Origin: Sulfurovaceae bacterium
GTDB lineage: Bacteria; Campylobacterota; Campylobacteria; Campylobacterales; Sulfurovaceae
Length of the DNA stretch: 64,000 bases
Direction of reading: 5' to 3'
Assembly: GCA_041654415.1 (NCBI GenBank)
Contig: JBAZDL010000003.1
Span: 151,601 to 215,600, forward strand
The notes below the pieces were generated by a model, which saw only the letters and a list, made by a program, of their open reading frames with translations, did not search any database and was not told the origin of the DNA. The stretch's first letter is position 1; each line of letters starts with the position of its first letter. The position numbers were made by a program, and so were the translations under genes. This document shows positions 39,471 to 49,057 of this stretch, piece by piece.

Positions 39471-41534
39471 TCAACTAACTGAAAGGCCAATATCTTCTAG
39501 ATTATGGAGGGCATTAGTAATTATTAATGCTTGCTTTTCTGTAGGAATTTGTTTTGGTATGTTGCACGCTATAGTTATTAAATCAATCTCTAGCGGCGAA
39601 AGTGCATTGTTGTCTATACCAAATTGCTTAATCTTGAACCATTTTCCTTGTTCTGCAATTTTAAAAACAAGTTTTTGTGCTTCTATGCCATTATCAATAC
39701 GCTGAATTTTCTTTGCATCCTTTTGCTCGTCTTTTAGATTCTCTTCTTCGAGCAGCTCCTCTAGAAAAGTATCCGATATTTCAATTGATAAATTATTCTG
39801 TATATTTAGCCAACAGCCTTCTTTCTTTGCCCATTGAGAGATGTTAGCTATACCCGAAGGAGGATTTGTCATTTCGTTGTACACTGCTTTGCTCACCGGT
39901 TTAAGCAGTTCTTGGGTTGCTTCAGAAACAGTCTGTCTATTCCAAACAGCTATAAAATCAAAGAACTTATTTGCTTTTTTAACTATGTAGTCTATATATG
40001 CGATAGAATAAGCCACCGTTTGCGCACGATAGCCTCCGTCGTACCAGTAGGCATCTGATATAAGTTTCTCTGTTGTTTTGAAAATAATTGCTTTTGCTAC
40101 AGCGGTTTTAAAATAGAGTTCATTGTATGCGCTATTGCTTTTTTCCCATTTCTTTCCTATTTCTTTAGCATATTCAATAAAACTGTATTGGGCGCCTCTG
40201 GCAACAATGTGGGGAATACCTTCCCATACATTTTCAAACTTGGACAGATCTGTTTTTGCAATAAGCTGTGCTTTAGGATATTCAAACTGGAACTTTTTTC
40301 TCTCTGCGGGTGTTTTGTGTGCTTGCGCATCCTGATACTGTCCTCTGGCACGTTCATAAAACCATTTTGTCTGTTTATGCCCTCCGCCTACTGCTGGTGC
40401 ATAAATTCGTCTTGAAAAGTCTTCCATGCGTATATGAAACGGATGGTTTGAAAAAAAGTCTGCAGCATTGACCTTGTTCTGCGTATTCGCATATTCCGAT
40501 ATCTTTGGCACCAAATCTTCTGCTTCTTCGGGTTTGACAATCGTAAGTTTTACTTGAACAAAAAGGTGATCAAGTTTAGCTTTGTCTTTTCTCGTAGCAC
40601 TGTAAATTGAAGCTGTAGTCTGCCCTCCGTTTACTATTTGTAAATTTCTAAGACTTTTCAAGCGCAAACCGTTTTCTGACGGCTCAACCTCAATATTTTC
40701 AGCTGTAGTAGTCAATCCGTTGTTATACGCAAAAAATTTCTCAGGCTGATTGATTATTGTGTTGCGAAGGCCTTGATTGACTTTTCCTCTTGCCTGCAGA
40801 AAAGTTCTTACGTTCTGTTCCAGCAGTCTGGCACCATATTTTCCATAGAGCAATGCTAATAAAGTTCCGGGGACAACCAAAAGGTATGACTGGTATTCAT
40901 CTGTATTGAGATGCGCAGGAAGACAATAGACAGGCTTAGATGCAATTTCATCAAAATTGATGAGAATATCTTCTTTTTTTTGATTGGAAGCATCCATTCT
41001 AAAAAGTCTTGATATATCCCATATATTATAAAAGAAGCTGACATTATTGCTTTGTTTTGACGGTATAGCTTCTACACGCTCACTCAATATTTTATTGCTG
41101 AGCAGGTAATATTTAACCGTAAAGATATCAGACTTGTTTTTATATATCTGATATGCCAGATCATATACGGCTGTTGATTCCTCAAGCTTTGTATAATATG
41201 TTTTTGAAAATGCTTTGTCAAAAAAACTTTCTATACGTTTGAATGCTTGATTTACTTCAGTTTGAGTCAGACTTTTGCTGTCAAGATCGGAAGAAAATAC
41301 TGATATGAACAGATTCAAAACTCCGTCATCTTCATTATAGCTGTACCCGTCTATTTTGACACCTGTTTCACTCCAGTGGCACAGCTCCAGCTCATTGTCT
41401 ATTTCGCCAGATCCGAGAAGCTCCTTTGCATACAACTCGATAAAAGATGACTCATAAAAGTTTTCTCCTGACTGGGCTTCTGCAAATACATCTTGCAGAA
41501 AAGCTTCTCTGAATTGTTCCAATTGCTCATTCAT
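39471..41534 (-). CDS. AIPR-family (abortive-infection phage resistance) protein
   Basis: 687 aa. LLEQNVRTFLQARGKVNQGLRNTI...FFAYNNGLTTTAE is the AIPR signature. Confidence 0.85.
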   Translation of the reverse strand: MNEQLEQFREAFLQDVFAEAQSGENFYESSFIELYAKELLGSGEIDNELELCHWSETGVKIDGYSYNEDDGVLNLFISVFSSDLDSKSLTQTEVNQAFKRIESFFDKAFSKTYYTKLEESTAVYDLAYQIYKNKSDIFTVKYYLLSNKILSERVEAIPSKQSNNVSFFYNIWDISRLFRMDASNQKKEDILINFDEIASKPVYCLPAHLNTDEYQSYLLVVPGTLLALLYGKYGARLLEQNVRTFLQARGKVNQGLRNTIINQPEKFFAYNNGLTTTAENIEVEPSENGLRLKSLRNLQIVNGGQTTASIYSATRKDKAKLDHLFVQVKLTIVKPEEAEDLVPKISEYANTQNKVNAADFFSNHPFHIRMEDFSRRIYAPAVGGGHKQTKWFYERARGQYQDAQAHKTPAERKKFQFEYPKAQLIAKTDLSKFENVWEGIPHIVARGAQYSFIEYAKEIGKKWEKSNSAYNELYFKTAVAKAIIFKTTEKLISDAYWYDGGYRAQTVAYSIAYIDYIVKKANKFFDFIAVWNRQTVSEATQELLKPVSKAVYNEMTNPPSGIANISQWAKKEGCWLNIQNNLSIEISDTFLEELLEEENLKDEQKDAKKIQRIDNGIEAQKLVFKIAEQGKWFKIKQFGIDNNALSPLEIDLITIACNIPKQIPTEKQALIITNALHNLEDIGLSVS

Positions 41535-42528
41535 TTCTCAGCCTTTTTTCAAAATCTGCAATAGAGACCTCAAAAGGTTTGCACTCTTTGAGTTCTATTT
41601 TATACTGCACCGATATAACACCGTTTGGGATATCATCAGCCTTGAGCTTTGGAAAGTTGTCTTTGACTTCAAATATAGACTCTTTAGTGACAACATAATG
41701 TTTTTCATCATACTCAGGAAGATCCATATATCCGGCTTCAGACAGCAAGTTTTCAAAAACATCCAAGTCGCCTGAGTCAAAAAACATATGCTTGATCTCA
41801 TTGATTAGGCTGTAAAGACTGATTGTATTAGGCATATTGCTTGGGGCACCATTGAGTGTTACAACATACAAATAACACTCTGCTGCACTGCAATTGAGCT
41901 GATCGATTGAACTGATTTGGATATACGGTGCAGCTGTTCCTTGTTTTGCTTTTACTTCTATAGCCGCATTCCCTATGCCGAAATCCTGCTGCTCGCCATA
42001 CGGTCCTTTCCAGAAAGAGAGCGATTCATTTGCGGAACAATATGGCAGAAGATGATATTTCAAAAAGCACAATTCTCCAATCAGCCCTTGCTGCTCTTGT
42101 TCTGTCAAAAGCTTTTTGCCGAATTTCCTAAACAGTTTTTGCCACCGCTGCAATCGGCTGTGAATGATAGAAAGCATTGTCTTTTCCGTCTGTGTTTCAA
42201 CCGTAGTCTGCAATAGATCCATACACAGAATGTAGAAAATATCCCAGTCACTCGTCTCTTTGAGCACTAAAGTCAACCTATAGCCCTTTGATGTCTGATA
42301 CTGCTGTATATCAATACCGGAGAGAGTTATTTTTTTTGATGGCCAGTCTTCAAGACTGCTGTGTTCAGCAATAAAAAGATACTCATTGTTTTTTCCAAGT
42401 GCCCAAAAAAAATCAAACTTGTTTTTTGGATCTATACGTACAGAATCTATACCTTTCCTAAGACGCGGGATGGAAACCCATGGATTATTCTTCATCATTT
42501 TCAAACTCTTCATAATAGTTTTTGACAT
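41527..42528 (-). CDS. PD-(D/E)XK-motif protein (DUF4420-like)
   Basis: 333 aa with QDFGIGNAAIEVKAK (D...ExK). Overlaps both neighbouring genes. Confidence 0.7.
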   Translation of the reverse strand: MSKTIMKSLKMMKNNPWVSIPRLRKGIDSVRIDPKNKFDFFWALGKNNEYLFIAEHSSLEDWPSKKITLSGIDIQQYQTSKGYRLTLVLKETSDWDIFYILCMDLLQTTVETQTEKTMLSIIHSRLQRWQKLFRKFGKKLLTEQEQQGLIGELCFLKYHLLPYCSANESLSFWKGPYGEQQDFGIGNAAIEVKAKQGTAAPYIQISSIDQLNCSAAECYLYVVTLNGAPSNMPNTISLYSLINEIKHMFFDSGDLDVFENLLSEAGYMDLPEYDEKHYVVTKESIFEVKDNFPKLKADDIPNGVISVQYKIELKECKPFEVSIADFEKRLRNE

Positions 42529-45259
42529 AGGTAGTATTCACTGCATATTCAACCGGCCGTATATGGATATCTGTTCTTTTCGGAAAACTGATACCGTATG
42601 CCGGAAGATTGCTCTCAACCAGTGTTGATTCATCATTTATATCACTATAAGCATTAAGAATATGTAGCATCAGCAATGGCTTTTTTCTTGCTCTTCTCAG
42701 GAATCTTCCGGGTATCCTGCCAATTTTAAGCTCTTTTGCCAAAAGTTCTTGTGCTTTATCTGCATTGCCGTCTTCGATTGCTTTGTCTGCTTTGCTTTGA
42801 TTCTCCTTGTCCCATCTCTGAAGTGCTTCAGTAATTTCTTCAGCAGACATTCCTGCACGTTCTGCGTCATTTGTCCCCGCAGCAACTCTTCTTCTGCTGC
42901 TTATTTCAATATAGTTATCTAATCTGTACTGATCTTTCGGATCACATGAACGCTTTTGTATACCGATATCAATCTCTCCGTCAACTCCTATAAATCTATT
43001 ATGTGCACTCTTGGGACTGACAAATACTATATCCCATTGAGGGAAATACTCTGATGCTTGTTCCAAATAGCTCAATATAGGTTTTGTCTGAGTCATTTGT
43101 GAACGAGGATGATTATAGTAGTGATTTATGAAGTATGCAATAACTGATGCATCTACATTGGTCCATATATAGTTGTTTTCACTGTTGTATTCTGCTTTTT
43201 TCCTTTTTTGAAGCCGTAATGCAAGATCTTTGAAAAGGGCAAGATTGTTTAGTCTGTGACTCGGATCCAAATCTACAACATATGTTTCAATCAAACGGCC
43301 GCTCAAATCAGTCCTATGAAGCAGTGTTTCCGAAGCTCTCATTTTGTTTCTGGCAGTAATCAACAATGACCCAGGATGTGTTCTGACTTTTAAACCAAAG
43401 TCTTTAGGAGTCAGGTTTGCCTTGAACATTTCATTGAATTCCTCTCTTAGCTCTTCGACAGCTTCAGAAATATGGGTAAAATAGCTTTCTGTCATCGGTG
43501 TCAGATATATTCTGCACAGATCAGCAAATCCATCCCGATAGCCAAACCATCTTCCCATTTGCATTAATGTATCATACATAGAGGTACTGCGGTAAAAATA
43601 ACTGGTTGCTAACCCTTCTAATGTCAATCCTCTGGAGAGCTTGTCTCCTCCTACAGCAATTACATTCAATCCGTTTTTGTAAGCTTTATAATCAAGGCTG
43701 TCCGGCGAATCACCGTTAATCAGCATAACCTGCATTGAAGCAGCAGCTTCCAGAAGTTTTTCCTGAATATTATTCCAATCTGAATAATCTGTTTTAAAAT
43801 CAGTCTCCCATACAGTATGCAAAGCTTTCATGTAAGAATTTTTCAAGGCCTCAGAATTATTCAGCTTGTAAGAATATCTTACTCCCTTTTCTATATTTTG
43901 CCTGAACTGCACAACCAAACTGTAAACTTCCTTCTGCACATCCTTAAATCTTGAAAGATGTATCAGCATTGAATGATGTTTGTTTGTCTGACCTCGCAAT
44001 AAACGTATTGTTTTTGACACAATATGTGAATATATAGCTTTTTCAAGGCTTTTTGGCAATTCATTTACTTCCTGGTCTTTTTTATGTTTAAGCGGGATAA
44101 TATCTTCTATATTTTCATCACTTCCTATAGTTCTTACAATATCCAACTCTTCAGGTTCGCCCCCGAAAATTTTCTCCGAACCGATATAATTGCTCGGAGG
44201 ATCAAGGCTGATAATAAAATCTCTCGGAAACAGATCATCTCCGTACATACTATCCTCTGTTGCAGGATCAATAAAGATATTGGCAAATGGAGTTGCGGTA
44301 TAGGCAAGATAGCATTTCCTGTGAAAAAGCTTTAAAATTTCTCTGATTCTCTTATTGATTGCAGTGGGATCTTTTTCGGGATCATTTGTATTGACTGATG
44401 CGTGATCTGCTTCATCATCAATCATTAGCAGCGGAAGATTTGAAATTGTGCCATCTATATTTGAATTGTTTCTCTGAAGCCAATCTCTTAGCTTTTGAAG
44501 TACTCTTGCATTTTTCTTGACAACTAATATTGTCGCATCTTCATATTTTTGAACTCTAAAATTACGCTTGTCATCAAAGTCATTATACTTATCTGTAAAT
44601 GAGTATGGTATTTTTTCATGATTGAAACCCCCTACGCCTATCAGGGATTCAAAAAAGTCTACATCTGTTTTCTTGGTACTGTCTTGTCCAATATATCCTT
44701 CATCTACACGCTCCTGCGTTTGGGAACGCAAACTTTCTTGCATCCCGGCCAAAATGATTATTAATTTGTATCCGACATCAGAAGCTTTGTTAATTACGCC
44801 AATGAAATTTGCAGTTTTCCCGGACTGCACATAACCGACAACCATACCCCTTCTGTACCATTTTCCCTTCTTATACGGATCTTCAAGCCTTCCGACTATT
44901 TTATCGGTTACATTATCAACAGAGGAAACAACCGGCGGAGCAAATCCATTTTGAAGCAGAAGTTTTTCATAGCGGTTCCAAAAATATGGGTCAAATTCTT
45001 CTTCTGACTTTTTTTCATGCAGCCAGGGCTCAAAGTCTTGATCATCTACTATTAAGGTGCCCTCCTCCATAGTCAGTCCAAATTGGTGTTCTATTTTTTT
45101 GGCAATATTTTCTATATCATCAGAGGACAATTCAACCAAAATAGTTGGATCACTTGCTTCATATTCAATCAATTTTCTGATAATTTCAGGAGTTTTTTTA
45201 TCAGGTTTTTTTGATAACCGATAAATAACATTATTGGTTATTTCTTCAATTGCTTCCAT
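42485..45259 (-). CDS. Z1-domain P-loop NTPase (helicase-like)
   Basis: 924 aa. GYVQSGKTANFIGVI Walker A, LLMIDDEADHAS Walker B-like, typical Z1 architecture. Confidence 0.85.
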   Translation of the reverse strand: MEAIEEITNNVIYRLSKKPDKKTPEIIRKLIEYEASDPTILVELSSDDIENIAKKIEHQFGLTMEEGTLIVDDQDFEPWLHEKKSEEEFDPYFWNRYEKLLLQNGFAPPVVSSVDNVTDKIVGRLEDPYKKGKWYRRGMVVGYVQSGKTANFIGVINKASDVGYKLIIILAGMQESLRSQTQERVDEGYIGQDSTKKTDVDFFESLIGVGGFNHEKIPYSFTDKYNDFDDKRNFRVQKYEDATILVVKKNARVLQKLRDWLQRNNSNIDGTISNLPLLMIDDEADHASVNTNDPEKDPTAINKRIREILKLFHRKCYLAYTATPFANIFIDPATEDSMYGDDLFPRDFIISLDPPSNYIGSEKIFGGEPEELDIVRTIGSDENIEDIIPLKHKKDQEVNELPKSLEKAIYSHIVSKTIRLLRGQTNKHHSMLIHLSRFKDVQKEVYSLVVQFRQNIEKGVRYSYKLNNSEALKNSYMKALHTVWETDFKTDYSDWNNIQEKLLEAAASMQVMLINGDSPDSLDYKAYKNGLNVIAVGGDKLSRGLTLEGLATSYFYRSTSMYDTLMQMGRWFGYRDGFADLCRIYLTPMTESYFTHISEAVEELREEFNEMFKANLTPKDFGLKVRTHPGSLLITARNKMRASETLLHRTDLSGRLIETYVVDLDPSHRLNNLALFKDLALRLQKRKKAEYNSENNYIWTNVDASVIAYFINHYYNHPRSQMTQTKPILSYLEQASEYFPQWDIVFVSPKSAHNRFIGVDGEIDIGIQKRSCDPKDQYRLDNYIEISSRRRVAAGTNDAERAGMSAEEITEALQRWDKENQSKADKAIEDGNADKAQELLAKELKIGRIPGRFLRRARKKPLLMLHILNAYSDINDESTLVESNLPAYGISFPKRTDIHIRPVEYAVNTTYVKNYYEEFENDEE

Positions 45260-46727
45260 CTCTCATTCCCTCTCTTTTGATGTATGTTTCGCAAAAATCT
45301 TCATATTTGCTAAATGGTTCAGTTTGCCTAAACTTTTCCAAAATTTCTGTCTTATCATATCCCATACTGTACATAAGATCCCAATACCTGCGAGCATGCT
45401 CATTTAGCTGCTCTTCAGTCACGCTATCTTGCCTAACATTTTCAGGTTCTGTAGCCAAATCAACAAAAATAGTATCAAGCGGTAATGTGCTTTCTGTAAT
45501 AGACAAAATTTCTTTCACTTTCTTTTGTGTTTCTTCATCTAAAGAAGAAAGCAAAGAAGCAATTAATGGGTTTTTGTAGTTTATTCTGAAACTTTTTTGA
45601 TTGTGCTGATGATATTCGCTCCATATAGGAACATACCCCAGTCTGCTTATGCGTGCCCCTCGGCTTTTATATACCCTTGTTGAAGATGCCGTAATTCTTT
45701 CGATTGTTCTTTTTAGCTCTGCTCTGATTGATTCTGGCGGTGTTGCTCTTGATTTTTTTACATCAATTGACCATGCAAAATCTTCAGAATTGGGCAGATC
45801 TATTTTTACTCTGGCAAGCTTTGTCGCTTCTGACTGTTTTGAAAGATTAAACCATGTACCATGAATCATAAGCCGACTGTTTCTGTATACATAGAACCCT
45901 TGTGACTTCACATAGCCGTCTCTGCCTGCAAGTCGTTTGTACTGTTCTGGAGTTGTTTTATTTAAATGAGGAAGAAGATAAGCCTGAATTTTTATTTTTC
46001 CTATTGTTTCTTCCGGAAAATGTTTTCCGGCCCCTTCAAACGGATCAAATGGTGCTATCGAATCGCCATTAATATAAATTGATAGTCTCTTTAGTCCGGC
46101 TTCGCCCGAAAGATATCGATGAAACACCAATCCTAAATGTTCTCTTGCTTCATCAATTTTTTCCCAAAAGATCTCTTCCGGATTCCGTTTGCTTTGCGTA
46201 TCAACAAGCCTGTACAAGTCTTTCCAAAGCACTAATGTGCCGAAATTGTTTAATAATTTATATTCCGGTATATTATTAATCTCATATTCATTAAGTATTT
46301 CGATTTCCCATTTTTCACTTTTTGACACATGTTCTAAGTCCCAGCATCGACCTGTATCTTTTTGATTCTTCCTGGATACTACAATTAATTTGCCTGCCTG
46401 TGAAAAAGAAGCTGTTTTCAGACCAAGTCCAAATCTTCCCAAGTCGCCTTTATTGCGAGATAATACTGGATCAAGCGAGCCCAGCTGCATAGCTTTATTT
46501 AATGTTGACTCATCCATGCCTTCGCCATTATCAATGACAGCTAGATAACTTTCATGTGTATCAAAATGAGCAATAATTTGAATTTCTGTGGCATTAGCAG
46601 CAATACTGTTGTCAATTATATCAGCAATAGCAGTTTCTAGTGAATAGCCTATGTCTCTTAGTGCATAGATCAAATTTTTGGGATTTGGAAGAGCAGGTAT
46701 ATACCTATGATTAATTTTATTATGCAT
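45246..46727 (-). CDS. GHKL (MutL/MORC-like, HATPase_c_3) ATPase
   Basis: N-box AIADIIDNSIAANA, G1 box IDNGEGMD, G2-like GRFGLGLKT. Strong SD AGGAGGGGGG upstream. Confidence 0.85.
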   Translation of the reverse strand: MHNKINHRYIPALPNPKNLIYALRDIGYSLETAIADIIDNSIAANATEIQIIAHFDTHESYLAVIDNGEGMDESTLNKAMQLGSLDPVLSRNKGDLGRFGLGLKTASFSQAGKLIVVSRKNQKDTGRCWDLEHVSKSEKWEIEILNEYEINNIPEYKLLNNFGTLVLWKDLYRLVDTQSKRNPEEIFWEKIDEAREHLGLVFHRYLSGEAGLKRLSIYINGDSIAPFDPFEGAGKHFPEETIGKIKIQAYLLPHLNKTTPEQYKRLAGRDGYVKSQGFYVYRNSRLMIHGTWFNLSKQSEATKLARVKIDLPNSEDFAWSIDVKKSRATPPESIRAELKRTIERITASSTRVYKSRGARISRLGYVPIWSEYHQHNQKSFRINYKNPLIASLLSSLDEETQKKVKEILSITESTLPLDTIFVDLATEPENVRQDSVTEEQLNEHARRYWDLMYSMGYDKTEILEKFRQTEPFSKYEDFCETYIKREGMRDGSN

Positions 46728-46865
46728 AAATCTTCCACCCCCCTCCTACTATCAACGATTGATAAATTATATAGTTTTCTCTTTAAAGATTCTTTTAATT
46801 TTAAAACATAAATGAAATTAATAGCAATGGGCTACTTTTTTGCCAATTAAACACCGTTGATTTGG

Positions 46866-47236
46866 CTATGCAGTCTCATATAGCATATTCATAACCAGTT
46901 TGATAATAATATCTTTTTGTTCAGAAGCCGAAGTAGCTACAAGCAAGGCAAGTGATACTAAAGCATTATCGTTGATCTTTGGCTCTCCATTTGGTTTATA
47001 AAGCACGTCGTTTTTATCTCTCTATTCCCTTCTTTTTGAACTGTTTCCATTTTGGAAATAGTTGCCTTGGAATCTAACTCTTCACTTTCAATAATATTTT
47101 TGATATGTTTTGAAATAGCCGGAACCTTTACATTAAAAAGTTCTGCCATTTGCTTTTGTGTAATCCAAATACTCTCATTTGCTACTTTGGTAGATAGTTC
47201 TATCTCGCCGTTCTTAAATATTACAATATCACTCAT
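46866..47236 (-). pseudogene. RhuM-family gene remnant (N-terminal part, frameshifted and truncated)
   Basis: MSDIVIFKNGEIELSTKVANESIWITQKQMAELF... matches the RhuM-like N-terminus. Family-like sequence (…VQKEGNREIK/NDVLY…) continues only after a frameshift and then stops. Confidence 0.5.
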
Positions 47237-47383
47237 GATTCAAATCCTAAGCATTTTAAATATTCTATCCATTTAACCGTTATAAATGGTTAAAGCTCAC
47301 ACCTCTGCCGCTCCAACGAAGCCAAAGAGTACATGCTGTATCATCGCCTATTTTTGGGACAAATGAGAACGAGGCTGCTTTTT
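47220..47383. repeat. repeat A, copy 1 (leader upstream of the RhuM-like start)
   Basis: Near-identical to 48872-49031 (offset 1652 bp, a few substitutions and a 2-nt indel). Includes the first 17 nt of the ORF and the palindrome CCATTTAACCGTTATAAATGG. Confidence 0.8.
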
Positions 47384-47386
47384 AAT

Positions 47387-47998
47387 TTATTTTTCTAATC
47401 CATTTAGTATAATTTTTTCTAGTGCTTCACAGTCAGCAAATTGGACACACTCAATAGAAGCTTCGATATATTGTTTGGGCTGTACGGTAGAATAGTTTAT
47501 AAATTTATAGCCGTTGTATGAAACAATCATATCAAAAAACATACGGGTAACCCTTCCATTAAGTTCATAAAAAGGATGTAATGCGATGAGTTCACATTGA
47601 TAGTAGGCTAGTCTCTTGGCAAACTTTTCTTTTGGCTCATGTTCATAATCTTTGAGATAATTCTCTTTTTTCAACTCTTCAAATATTTTTTGAGATGAAC
47701 TCTCTATAAAAGCACCTTGGCAAAACCTACTATTACCTTTTGCCATATTGAAATCCCTATAAATTCCTGCCCACTCATAGAGAGATTCAAAAGTTCTTTT
47801 ATGTAAGTTTTTAAAATAATTTTCATCAAAAAGAGTACCTTCCTCTATTTCATCAAAAAAAATAAGATATGCTTCCTCTAAAAGTTCCTTTTCTATCTCT
47901 CGCAGCATGTCACTGTCATCAATCTTGAATTTATTTACAGGTATATCGGTGCCATTGATATAAAAAGAGTTATCTTTTAACTGATACTTTGATGCCAT
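47387..47998 (-). CDS. Fic-family protein (putative AMPylase toxin)
   Basis: Fic motif HPFYELNGRVTR versus the consensus HxFx(D/E)GNGRxxR, with one G->L change. 203 aa. Confidence 0.85.
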   Translation of the reverse strand: MASKYQLKDNSFYINGTDIPVNKFKIDDSDMLREIEKELLEEAYLIFFDEIEEGTLFDENYFKNLHKRTFESLYEWAGIYRDFNMAKGNSRFCQGAFIESSSQKIFEELKKENYLKDYEHEPKEKFAKRLAYYQCELIALHPFYELNGRVTRMFFDMIVSYNGYKFINYSTVQPKQYIEASIECVQFADCEALEKIILNGLEK

Positions 47999-48122
47999 AT
48001 TTTTCCCTTAGCATTTTTGCTTTTTTAACTATTTGACTATCTGCTTCTTTATAGCCCTCTATGGCTTGGGTTGTTTTTATAGTTCGCTTAAGGATTGTTC
48101 TATTAATAGGATTTTTACTCAT
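47970..48122 (-). CDS. small antitoxin-like ORF (50 aa) carrying the Fic inhibitory motif; not in ORF track
   Basis: My own translation is MSKNPINRTILKRTIKTTQAIEGYKEADSQIVKKAKMLREKYGIKVSVKR. TQAIEG fits [S/T]xxxE[G/N]. AGGA SD 8 nt upstream. The 3' end overlaps the fic start by 29 nt. Confidence 0.65.
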   Translation of the reverse strand: MSKNPINRTILKRTIKTTQAIEGYKEADSQIVKKAKMLREKYGIKVSVKR

Positions 48123-48317
48123 TTTTTCATTCCTTTAAATCTTGTTATTCTAGTAATTAGTTCGCTCATCATATCATTTTTTAGAGTATTACTCTTTCTA
48201 TTCGTAAAAATTTTTAAACTCGCCGCATGCTGCTACAACTTTATAAAAATATTATATCCAATATATAGCTATAGCCGATCCAAACCGATTAATAAAGATG
48301 TATGATTAATGGAATAT

Positions 48318-48376
48318 TGTATCGAAATTTCGTTAGTTAGTAAATGATTTGATGATAAAAATTATGTGATTGTATT
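48318..48376. repeat. repeat B, copy 1
   Basis: 59 bp with 1 mismatch to 49058-49116 (offset 740 bp). Contains the palindrome CGAAATTTCG. Supplies the stop and last ~13 codons of the truncated RhuM-like ORF. Confidence 0.8.
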
Positions 48377-48888
48377 ATATGCAAATTAAGGACAGCCCAG
48401 CTTTTGGCATAATTGCTTATGATTTCTGCAAAACCTTTGGCTTCGTTAGTGCTTAGCTCTTTGGCATTTAAACCTTGCTGTATCAAATGTAATATCTGGG
48501 TAAGTTCATTTAGTTTTTGTTGTTGTAGGCGGTCTTTATTTAGTGCATAGCCTTTGATAAGATAATCTTTAAGCACTTTATTTGCCCAGATGCGAAACTG
48601 TGTCCCTTGTTTTGATTTAACCCTGTAGCCTACCGAGATAATAACATCCAAACTATAGTGTTGAACATCATAAACTTTGCCATCTTGTGCAGTATGTGCA
48701 AATTTTGCACATACTGAATTTTTATCTAATTCTTGTTCTTTAAAAATATTATTTATATGTTTTGTGATTACACTTCTTTCTCTGTCAAATAGTAATTCCA
48801 TTTGTTTTTGACTTAACCAAATAGTCTCATTTTCGACTGTTGCATTTAGTGCAACATTTCCATTCTCATAGATTACAATATCACTCAT
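48337..48888 (-). CDS. RhuM-family protein, C-terminally truncated (183 aa)
   Basis: IWLSQKQMELLF...HYSLDVIISVGYRVKSKQGTQFRIWANKVLKDYLIKGY is the RhuM signature. Homology ends near residue 170, where repeat B begins. Confidence 0.75.
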   Translation of the reverse strand: MSDIVIYENGNVALNATVENETIWLSQKQMELLFDRERSVITKHINNIFKEQELDKNSVCAKFAHTAQDGKVYDVQHYSLDVIISVGYRVKSKQGTQFRIWANKVLKDYLIKGYALNKDRLQQQKLNELTQILHLIQQGLNAKELSTNEAKGFAEIISNYAKSWAVLNLHIIQSHNFYHQIIY

Positions 48889-49031
48889 GATTCAAATCCT
48901 AAGCATTTTAAATATTCTATCCATTTAACCGTTATAAATGGTTAAAGCTCACCTCTGCCACTCCCACGAAGCCAAAGAGTACATGCTGTATCATCGCCTA
49001 TTTTTGGGACAAATAAGAACGAGGCTACTTT
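48872..49031. repeat. repeat A, copy 2
   Basis: See copy 1. Confidence 0.8.
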
Positions 49032-49057
49032 ATAGAAAATTTTTATGAAACAGAAGA

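Noticed and set aside
46728-46750. G6 tract inside the SD of the GHKL-ATPase operon (AGGAGGGGGGTGG) considered as a phase-variation switch
   Set aside because: Six residues is shorter than the tracts (about 8 or more) that slip at useful rates in Campylobacterota contingency genes. Other C6/G6 tracts at 35131, 35489 and 30463 are intergenic.
48123-48175. 17-codon ORF (MMSELITRITRFKGMKK) ending in an ATGA overlap with the Fic antitoxin ORF
   Set aside because: It is too short, has no motif and is not needed to explain the locus. It probably just lies within the promoter and leader region.
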